Source: Octopus bimaculoides
Taxonomy: Eukaryota
Assembly (NCBI RefSeq): GCF_001194135.2
Contig: NC_068981.1
Coordinates: 68,750,812-68,782,943 of the forward strand
Reading direction: 5' to 3'
DNA: 32,132 bases
This document shows, one piece after another, positions 23,488 to 32,132 of this stretch. The notes below the pieces were generated by a model that was not told the DNA's origin, made no database searches, and was given only the letters and a program-made list of their open reading frames with translations. How positions within the stretch are numbered: the stretch's first letter is position 1; each line of letters opens with the position of its first letter. A program made the position numbers and the translations under genes.

Positions 23488-24096
23488 CGCAAAGTTTGCA
23501 AAAAGTTTTCATCGTTCTCGACACAATGAAGGAGATCTGGTCCAAATGAAAACCGCGCATCTTTTTGGTCAACTGAAGGCGGTTTTAACATAAACTCCAC
23601 AAACACTCATCTCATACACAAATCTCCAATGATAATGGACTGAACTGAACCGTAACTAATATGCACACCTTCTGATAATTCAGGGATGTTGATTCGACGA
23701 TTTCCCCTCACATCTGCGTTGTTTTCTCAGTTCTGCTGGTTGCCGGTCTCCCAGAACGTTCGTCAATATCGACATTTTTTCGGCCATCTAGGAGAAGCCT
23801 AAATCACTCATACACTTGTGTGTGGCTCATACACTTCTCTCCATACACATTCTGCAACTTTGTGTAGGTTTCTGAGCTGATATCGACATGAGAGCTTTCT
23901 CCGCCATGATCAATGCGACAATCACACGTTACACACCTTCCTTCCAAGTAGTGCTATTAACAGAAGTGAGCTAGAAAATTAATAGTTCGTGAGCATGCAT
24001 AACAGCGGTCATGGTCAATCTTTGTCAATCTTTACAATGCGTACTTTAGTTTGTTACTATGGCAACATACCGTATAGTTAATTTTCAGACCTCGTA
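23488..24096 (-). mobile_element. 3'-truncated mariner element with 5' terminus and N-terminal transposase pseudogene
   Basis: Terminus TA-CGAGGTCTG at 24096-24086. Broken frames give SETYTKLQNVYGEKCMSHTQVYE*F, DERSGRPATSRT, RRINIPELSEGVHISYGSVQSIIIGDLCMR and DLLHCVENDENFLQTL, a typical mariner HTH/linker region. No catalytic domain is present. Confidence 0.9.
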
Positions 24097-24312
24097 TAAC
24101 TATCTATTCTGTCAGTTTGTCTGTCTCTCTGTCTATCTAGCCTGATATATATATATGTATATATNNNNNNNNNNAATCTTTACAATGCGTACTTTAGTTT
24201 GTTACTATGGCAACATACCGTATAATTAATTTTCAGACCTCGTATAACTATCTATTCTGTCTGTTTGTCTGTCTCTCTGTCTATCTAGCCTGATATATAT
24301 ATATGTATATAT
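24027..24312. other. 138-bp duplication across a 10-N gap with two substitutions
   Basis: 24027-24164 versus 24175-24312; differences GTATAGTT/GTATAATT and TCAGTTT/TCTGTTT. Probably uncollapsed haplotypes. Confidence 0.8.
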
Positions 24313-24356
24313 ATACAGAGAAAGAGAGAGAGAGAAAGCGATAGATAGACAGATAT

Positions 24357-24399
<43 letters not shown>

Positions 24400-24400
24400 T
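24290..24400. repeat. (AT)/(AG)/(GATA)n microsatellite
   Basis: Directly visible. Confidence 0.9.
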
Positions 24401-24761
24401 ATTCTACGAGTTTGTATGTACATCTACTCAAATAAAGTCGCTCTAATGCGCCAATAACTAAACTCTGTTCAATCGATGAATACGATGTGTGTGTTAGCCT
24501 ATTTCCAAATATTTCTTATGTTTGCATTTTAAATATTACATTGTGGTGGTTTTTAATATAGGCTTCCATCTTCGTAGTTAAAATATAGTTTCCGACTAAT
24601 ATGAATAATAATACAGCGATGAATAAGGAGGCTACTTTTAATAAGATGAATCGTAAAATGATAATGTTGATATATTTGTCTGACTAATGATGTGTTGGTT
24701 ACGTCATACATCATTATTAGCGTAACAGATGCGCTTAACAAATTAATGCATATATATTCAG

Positions 24762-24904
24762 AATATGACAAGTTTCAAAATATAGAAGAATATCGTGTTT
24801 CATATGAGACAATATATAACAGTAGAGTGGACACTACTACTAAGCAGCAGATAAATAATGAAGGAATTGAACAGAACGCGTACGATACGTACGAAGGGAT
24901 ATGA
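24762..24904 (+). CDS. Candidate terminal exon encoding a Tyr-rich tail (EYDKFQNIEEYRVSYETIYNSRVDTTTKQQINNEGIEQNAYDTYEGI*)
   Basis: Acceptor ATATTCAG followed by 47 open codons in very AT-rich DNA, with YETI, YEGI and YDKF motifs. No family recognised. Confidence 0.3.
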
Positions 24905-25784
24905 TATATGCAAACAGCTTAAAAGCATACATGTAAGTGTCGAATATAAATTACATGCATAACCGTCAACCTTTTATAAACATCTTTGTAAATACAAACG
25001 TAGATTAATGGACGGTGTATTAATATGTAACTGGAAACGTGACATCACAACATATCTATTCGCACTGATTTAAGAGAATTGAAATTCTTTCAGTATGTTT
25101 GTATTCTTTTAACGTTTGCAAATGTGGCGTACAGTAAACTATGTATAATGATAAATGATATGTTTCGGCAACATAGAATATATGTGCGGAATGTCAAATT
25201 AATTCATGGCAGAGTTAATTTAGATAGCCAAGCAAAGCAAAAAGATCTCGTATGTTATTAGATAATTCTTTCAGACGAATAAAGGACAATAATTATATGG
25301 AAAGCATAATGCAATGTCCTCTAAGCAACATGGTGTGAGATTTGAGACAGTATTGCAAACACTTTCTTGGTTATAAATCTTGCGAATCTTCCCAGGGAGA
25401 TTATGGCAGCGTTAAAACATATTTCAGTGTTACTGAAAATATAATTCGATCGATAGCTATTATCGAGACAACAAACAACCCAAGGAAATTAAAATGCCAT
25501 CCATATAACAGAGAATATTTTTAACTGCCGGTAATTTACTAAATATTTTATGTAACAAGATAGATGGATGCAGAATACTGCTGTTGTTAAAAAAAAAATT
25601 AAATTTGATACACTATGTAAGAACAAGAATCATACAAGAAAGCTTCTACGTGCAAATCTTAAAGAGTATGCGTTACGAAACTAATGCAGTTATAAAAGGT
25701 CCTGAATACAGTGGAACAGTTTACTAATGATCTGAAAATTTCCCTTTCGTCTGGAGAGAGGAAAAGTAAAATATTATACATATT

Positions 25785-26018
25785 TACATTATTTACATTC
25801 GGCAGATATTTGTCCGCATCTTGTTTGTTGTTAACACAACGTTTCGGCTGATATACCTTCCAGACTTCTTCAGGAAATATCATGGGGAAAATTGAGGAAT
25901 GTCTTGGGGAAATTTCAAAGCTGGGTTCTCATTCCTGAGGTATTTTCGATGTTGTTGTTATTATTATCATAATGTAAATAATGTACATAATTCCTCATCT
26001 CTTAAATATAGAACTGTA
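25785..26018. mobile_element. Non-autonomous retroelement remnant (hammerhead-containing SINE/Penelope-related repeat) plus an inverted tail piece
   Basis: Perfect 15-bp inverted repeat 25785-25799 / 25971-25985, hammerhead core inside, short (GTT/ATT)n run at 25951-25970. Family assignment comes from recall of an abundant octopus repeat. Confidence 0.6.
25833..25903 (-). ncRNA. Minimal type I hammerhead ribozyme remnant
   Basis: Minus strand: CUGAAGA (25873-25867), A, GUCUG, 10-nt loop, CAGCC, GAAA (25845-25842), CG, UU, then GUGUU. The CUGANGA/GAAA core is intact and stem II has one mismatch. The stem I partner GACA(C) is displaced by a 25-bp segment (25875-25899). Confidence 0.6.
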
Positions 26019-26069
26019 TTTTACAGATTGTCAAGTGGAATGGAATATTGCAAATCACGTCCTCAGAGT

Positions 26070-26202
<133 letters not shown>

Positions 26203-27469
26203 CGCCACTAAGTTCCATTAACAATGTTAGATTCAACATGAAGGGAACCAAATACATGCACCTAGTAAAACTGCTGATAGTTGGCCGATAAAAAAGAATT
26301 TTGTTTATTTTGATAATATGATTGTATCTCGACAGATAATTGTATTGTTAATGATCGTAAAACAATGAGTTTTTGCTTTTTATATAAGTTCAATAATCGA
26401 CTATAGAAAATTAGATTTAGGCAAACTTAGCTCAAAAGAAACCAAAATGAACAACACGTTATAATAACCATCGAATTTCAACTCAACAGGAAAGATCGGC
26501 TATGAATTTCAGTCACAAAATGAATGCGAAGCAGTGGCTTCTGGTGAGAATATGATGAAAAGTTGAAAAGTTGAATAACTGAACTTTATTCCACAAATCT
26601 CATAAATAAAATGGAAAAAGCTGAAATGGATCCAAACGGAATATATTTCTCTGCAAAATATGCATTTTACATCTAGCTTGGAAACGAAATTACCTTAACA
26701 TATCTAGAAAGAATTGATCATGATCTCTGCTTCATACAGAGTGATAACTGAGGAAGATGCATACTTAAAAGTACAGCGTTAGCAAACAGAATAATACAGC
26801 ATTACATTTAAAATATATATAATGAAAATGCAGACAAAATAAATTCAACACTAAAACATGAATCATAAAAAAATTTAGAAAAATATGCTTCATTGCAAGC
26901 AAAACAAAGAACTTGAAATATTTAGGTACACACAAACAGTATATCGACCATCAAAAGAAGGACCGGAACTACTTCAACAAAAATATGATCACAATTCAGT
27001 AAGAGAATCTAAAACTCGAACGTTTGTGCATAATATTCTAAAGTAAGAAATATTTGAAGAGTTCAAATCGATATATATTTTAACCACATGTGTCCACTAA
27101 AAATAACATTTCATGATACAACAGCATCAATAAAACTTAGACTAGCCATCATAGACTCAGTGGAATTATACAGGATCATGAATACCATCAAAATAAGTAA
27201 TCTAATATATGTGTTGTAGTCACAGACGTAATAGAAAGTGGATCCACCATTACATATTATTATACAAGATAAGTTATATCTCACATATATATGCAGAAGC
27301 AAACGCTAGAAAAATGAAGGAAAATACCCCCTAACAGTGGAAACTTGAGAATTAATTAAATACTTCAGAAGTAGAGAACACAGGGTGTTGTGCCTGATAT
27401 GCAACAGTATCTTAGGGAAGAGATCCTAGCGAAATTGCATAATTCTGCCCGTATGCAAAGCGTCGATTG

Positions 27470-27563
27470 TTATATGTGTGTGTGCGTGTGTGTACGTGTT
27501 TGTGTATGTGTGTGTGTGTGCATGTGTGTGTGTGTATGTGTGTGTGTGTGTGTGTGTGTGTAT
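27470..27563. repeat. (TG)n microsatellite
   Basis: Directly visible. Confidence 0.95.
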
Positions 27564-28850
27564 TTCTAAATAGTGTGTCTCCTACAAAAACAAATTTTCT
27601 CAAATGTTGTTTAGAGATTAATTCATCCAATAGAAGCTGATATGAGAACAAACTAAATACCATGGACGCCAATATCAAGGAAAAGTCAAGTGTCTTACAA
27701 GAAAATTGGAAGAGAGTAACCAAAACCGGACGAATGTGCACAAACGTCGAACGGGAATTCACAGCGGATTGTCTGTTTTATATGACAAGCGACTATCTCC
27801 TAGAGAAGAGTGAACTAAAATTATACAATATATATGATAAATAAATAAAATACGTGTTATACACGGTGCATGCTTTCACCAGCCAAATTGGCATCGAGTT
27901 CAATGTAGGCAATTAGGCGAACGACACATTGAAAAGAGGAAGAGTAACATGGAATAGTAATATATACGATGAAAACAACTAGAATAGAACTAAACCGCAT
28001 ACGTATACAAATATATTCGCTAATGTTTAGCAATTAATTATCTATGCATAATACAGCGCATATGTAATATAAAGAGCTTGAAATACATGCAATTCACGTT
28101 TTAGATTAATCAGTGAAACGGAGCTAAATTCTGCTAAGAGGCAAAGTGCATCAATGAGAAACCTAATCGTCCCTGTAATAAATTATTTCATTTATTCCAT
28201 TAATCTAAATATTCCAAGACTGAATATGATAGTATGAAACACAATGCCTACCTTAAATATATTATTCGCAAACATATAATACTGATTATATGTAGCACAA
28301 TTATAGAAATTGGTGAACCTTCTACAACGGGAACATTATTACTAGTTATTAACTCTATATCTATAAAGATAATATACAAAGAACAATGGAAAATATATAC
28401 AAGTAGTGATCATAAAATATGAACGACCCATCATATGAATTCTTCGTATTTTAGAGCAAGAATCTTAAAAGAAGGTCTTTTTGCTTCGCAATAAAGCTCA
28501 TTAATAAACTGGTATAACTGATGTTTATGAAGAAAACCACATAAAGAATTACTGTGTCTCATAAGAACTCATCCTCTTGCAATTTTTTAAGAATAATATA
28601 ATGAAGCTGATTCCAAACAATAAAGACAATGTATGCTGATAACCACGTCGTTCGAGATGCTAACCGAAAAGAAGAGTGTGATTAGAAAATAAAAATAAAA
28701 GGCAGTACCGCATGGCAGAGCACCTATTAGGGAATAAAACATATTCCTCTAGGGAACTGAACAAATGTATAACGTCAGCAATTTCATGATAGAGGAATAT
28801 AAATGTTCAAAGGAATCTTTAGGTATTAACCAAAATATCCAAATTATATT

Positions 28851-29008
28851 CTTTTCTACTCTAGGCACAATGCCCGAAATTTTGGGGGAGGGGGCAGTCA
28901 GATCAATCCTAGTACGCAACTGGTGCTTAATTTATCGACCCCGAACAAATGAAAAGCAACGTCGACCTCGGCAGAATTTCAACTCAAAACTAAAGACAGA
29001 CAAAATAC
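28851..29008 (-). mobile_element. Older, 5'-truncated tRNA-SINE copy with a different 3' tail
   Basis: 28911-29008 aligns by eye with 29085-29190 (CGCAACTGGTGCTTAATTTATCGACCCCGAA...GTCGACCTCGGCAGAATTTCAACTCAAAAC) with many substitutions. Its tail (CTAGGCACAATGCCCGAAATTTTGGGGGAGGGG) differs from that of the adjacent copy. Confidence 0.8.
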
Positions 29009-29241
29009 TTATTTCTTTATTGCCCACAAGGGGCTAAACATAGAGGGGACAAACAAGGACAGACAAAGGGATTAAGTCGATTACATCGACCCCAGTGCGT
29101 AACTGGTACTTAATTTATCGACCTCGAAAGGATGAAAGGCAAAGTCGACCTCGACGGAATTTGAACTCAGAACGTAACGGCAGACGAAATACCGCTAGGC
29201 ATTTCGCCCGGCGTGCTACCGTTTCTGCTATCTTGCCGCTT
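29009..29241 (-). mobile_element. Near full-length tRNA-derived SINE
   Basis: Minus strand: A-box TAGCAGAAACGG (29230-29219), B-box GAGTTCAAATTCC (29168-29156), central GCCTTTCATCCTTTCGAGGTCGATAAATTAAGTACCAG, internal hairpin GTCGAT-N3-ATCGAC, A-rich tail CAATAAAGAAATAA. Confidence 0.9.
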
Positions 29242-29629
29242 TAATATCCAAATGATTTTAGCATTGCTGAAATGGTGCATGAAGTATTCAACATACTCGG
29301 TTATATACAGCTGCACTGAATTTTTCTGTGAGCACACGCGATAGAATTCAGCTCATTGAATTTGTAATATTAATGGCAGAAAAATCGTTACAAAGTCATG
29401 ATTATTTAGAAAAGGAGAGTTGTAGTTCCGCATAAATCACTTCTTAGAGAAAAATTGATTCTTCTCCCGCAAACTAGTATAATGTACAATGACGTATCGC
29501 AGAATATTAAAGCGATCAGAAATATATAAATCTGACCCTTTGGGTAATACGCTATGTCTAGAATTTCAAAATACACTCCGTATGATGCATTACTCTATGT
29601 CGGGTGGTTCCTATTGTTCTCACGCATAG

Positions 29630-29673
29630 TGTACTACTATGGTTGGTGAATCGTGCTGTGTATTTTAACAAAG
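29630..29673 (+). CDS. Candidate 44-bp exon (VLLWLVNRAVYFNK)
   Basis: Pyrimidine-rich acceptor ...TTCTCACGCATAG and consensus donor AAG|GTAAGA; phase 2 to 1. Confidence 0.2.
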
Positions 29674-30283
29674 GTAAGATTGCACAGACCAGGGTTTACA
29701 TGGGCTTCGAAACAAATGCTTGCTCAGTCATTCTCGTAATATAATGCGGATTCTACTTGTATATTATTTCCTATTTTTATATTTATCTTTCACAGCTGAT
29801 ACGATTTTCAGTGAACCTATTGGCAATTATATAGAAACATAATAATGATATTCAAGCATATTATAATGCACGAAAGATACATGGAATTTTACAATTACAT
29901 GTATATATTACAAGCAAGAGAAATGAAATAATTGCAATAAAATGTATGCACAACTAATTAAAATGACGNNNNNNNNNNNNNNNNNNNNNNNNNNNNNNNN
30001 NNNNNNNNNNNNNNNNNCAGAACTAATAAAATATGCTACGAAACTGCGGGATTAGGACTAAATGTGATTAATTAAACTCATTACGATATGCTGTTTAGAG
30101 CAATAATTTCTCACAAAAATCTACGGTGAATCAATCTCTAATCATTAAATGACTAATAAAAAATTATTATAGTTCAAGCTTTTGATTTAGTTGCATTTAA
30201 TTCAGCCGTATGCATCTGGGAATTCAATAAAGGTAAAGGTAAAATTAACGTCTATATTGTTCATGAAAATTAACAAATACCAG

Positions 30284-30380
30284 TAGCAAAACACAAAGAA
30301 AATGCGGAAGATATGAGCAGTAAAATATTACCGTATCATGATAATACAATTTCAAAGCCCAGTTCTACAACATTACCCGG
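30284..30380 (+). CDS. Candidate 97-bp exon (AKHKENAEDMSSKILPYHDNTISKPSSTTLP)
   Basis: Strong donor CGG|GTAAGA and an open frame, but a weak acceptor; phase 1 to 2. Confidence 0.15.
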
Positions 30381-30794
30381 GTAAGACCATGAAGAACAAT
30401 GGCGACCACATGTGAGAATTAGATAAAATGAGAAACAGAACAGAAATTCTCATCGAAAAGAGAAAGTAAGAAAATTACACGTATATCCAAGATACAAACA
30501 TCAAACGTTGTAAGAACTTCACAGGCAATTGACGTTGCGATTATTTGGAACAAAACAGATCGTAATATTTATTTGGTAGCTTATTTTTTATGTTCAGAGA
30601 TCAAATCATGCTATGTTTTATTTCACATCTTTCATCATACCTGAGACGATAAAATATATAACTGTCGATCAAATCAGCTGTCATCTTGAAGTCGTTGCCG
30701 CAATCTATCCACACACTAATGTTTAAAATCAGTAGTATACCATACTCTCAATGTTCCTCTCTCTTGCTCTCTCGTTATTTCTCTCTTTATGCAT

Positions 30795-30832
30795 AAACAC
30801 ACGCAAAAACACACATACAACACACATCCCCC

Positions 30833-30864
<32 letters not shown>

Positions 30865-30970
30865 CACACACAGAATCATGCGTGTTGTCAACACACGTGC
30901 GCGCGCAAGTACACACACACACACAAAACACATGTGCACATATATATATACGAATGTACGCATGCTTTGT
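30795..30970. repeat. AC/AT microsatellite complex
   Basis: Directly visible. Confidence 0.9.
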
Positions 30971-31094
30971 ATGCATAAATCAAAAACGAAAAGAAAGTAA
31001 AGGTAAAAGATACAGGAACATGTCAGACAAGAGAAAAATGAGCAGTGATATATTATTGGGTTAGTTGATCATTTATTTGGAAACAGGTATTCAG

Positions 31095-31236
31095 GAAATC
31101 TCTACTAAGCGTAAATTTGTATGAAACATTACAGCAAGTTAAAGCTGATTCAATCCCTGCTAATCTGCGGAACACAAGTAGCCCTGAAATATCTGCTGAA
31201 GATATGGAAGAGTTTCTAACATCACAGCCATTTCAG
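31095..31236 (+). CDS. Candidate 142-bp exon (KSLLSVNLYETLQQVKADSIPANLRNTSSPEISAEDMEEFLTSQPFQ)
   Basis: Non-repetitive open frame with protein-like composition, TTCAG acceptor and CAG|GTACTA donor; phase 2 to 0. Confidence 0.25.
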
Positions 31237-31344
31237 GTACTAGTAGAAGTGCTTGATCCACCAGCGATTAGCTGCTGTTTCTGCAGCGACATAGAATGTC
31301 TTATAATTGTTTTACTTCTCTTTCTCTTTCTCTTGGTCACTCTT

Positions 31345-31525
31345 CCTCACTCTCTCTCTCTCTCAATATACATACTAAAATATACGTATATGCATGTGTA
31401 TATATATATGTATGTGTGTGTGTATATATGTATAACTGAACGTACATATGCATGTATATGTGCATGTATATATGTATATACATATGTATTTTATATGAAT
31501 GCACGTACCAATGTATGTATATAAT
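31345..31525. repeat. (CT)/(AT)/(TG) microsatellite complex
   Basis: Directly visible. Confidence 0.9.
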
Positions 31526-31675
31526 GATTTTAGTGGGGACTGAACATCGAAGTTCCCACATATAATATGATGTCTGCTCCTACACATATCATAATATCAA
31601 CCTTCGGTATTTACGTTCCATTATTTTCAACCCAATATTTATATAAAAATATTTATAGCTATATATGTTCTACAG

Positions 31676-32132
31676 AATCCAGTTCCTTAAAAGAAATATT
31701 AGCAACCACTGAACAGATAGAACGGAAGAAGAATGAATTCCTCCACTCGTATGCACTCATCAGACCACACATGGACACCCTAGATGTTATAATCGAAAAC
31801 CATTGTGGAAAGGCTGATAAGGAGGGAGAGGAGGAAAAGGAAAAGGAAAAACCACCCGGAAGTCTCTCTGACCCAGTGGCTCCTCAAAAGAATGGATCAC
31901 CCACTCCTATGAACAACCAGGCAGAAAAGGATAGTGGAGCCATGGAAGCAGCCAATAGAAGCCCCTCTGTGCCAGTGGTCCTACAAAGGAAAGGAACCCT
32001 CACCCCAATAGATAACCAGTGGAAAATAGTACCCACAAGAAAAGGAAGAACAAAAAGTAGAAAATCGCAAGGTGGATCCAATGCCATCCAAGACACCAAA
32101 GGAAAGAAGACATTTGGAAGGCACCCAAAAAC
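31676..32132 (+). CDS. Open frame of about 152 codons running off the window end; host exon or LINE ORF1-like fragment
   Basis: Missing from the ORF track, probably because there is no stop in the window. Reads SSSLKEILATTEQIERKKNEFLHSYALIRPHMDTLDVIIENHCGKADKEGEEEKEKEKPPG...NQWKIVPTRKGRTKSRKSQGG...FGRHPK. There is an abrupt switch to purine-rich, higher-GC DNA right after the acceptor-like TTCTACAG at 31675. Confidence 0.55.

Noticed and set aside
25079-25261. Signal-peptide-like MKFFQYVCILL ORF
   Set aside because: The start codon is TTG with no in-frame ATG, and there is no supporting splice structure.
29150-29241. tRNA gene
   Set aside because: A and B boxes are present, but there is no cloverleaf and the sequence continues into a SINE core and tail.

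Overview
This is AT-rich, microsatellite-dense eukaryotic genomic DNA from a draft assembly with eight N-gaps. The repeat families match octopus (coleoid cephalopod) SINE and mariner repeats as I recall them; that assignment is an unverified inference. There are no prokaryotic features: no operons, CRISPR arrays, rRNA or intact tRNA genes. Most ORFs in the supplied track are artefacts of (AC)n, (AT)n, (GATA)n or (ATT)n repeats or of N-gaps. Well-supported content: (1) two decayed, distinct DD34E Tc1-family transposons joined tail-to-tail (about 17.3-20.1 kb); (2) an inverted pair of mariner fragments (23.4-24.1 kb) next to a 140-bp foldback MITE; (3) a minus-strand minimal type I hammerhead-ribozyme core inside a short inverted-repeat-bounded element (25.8-26.0 kb), apparently disabled by a 25-bp insertion; (4) a dimer of tRNA-derived SINEs (28.85-29.24 kb); (5) a 152-codon open frame running off the right edge, either a host exon or a LINE ORF1 piece; (6) two gap-flanking duplications that look like assembly artefacts. 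Several small candidate exons exist on both strands, but I cannot identify a host gene and all exon calls are low confidence. The hammerhead element is the most interesting feature. It fits a known class (Penelope/retrozyme-type minimal hammerheads), so I do not claim a new biological system.
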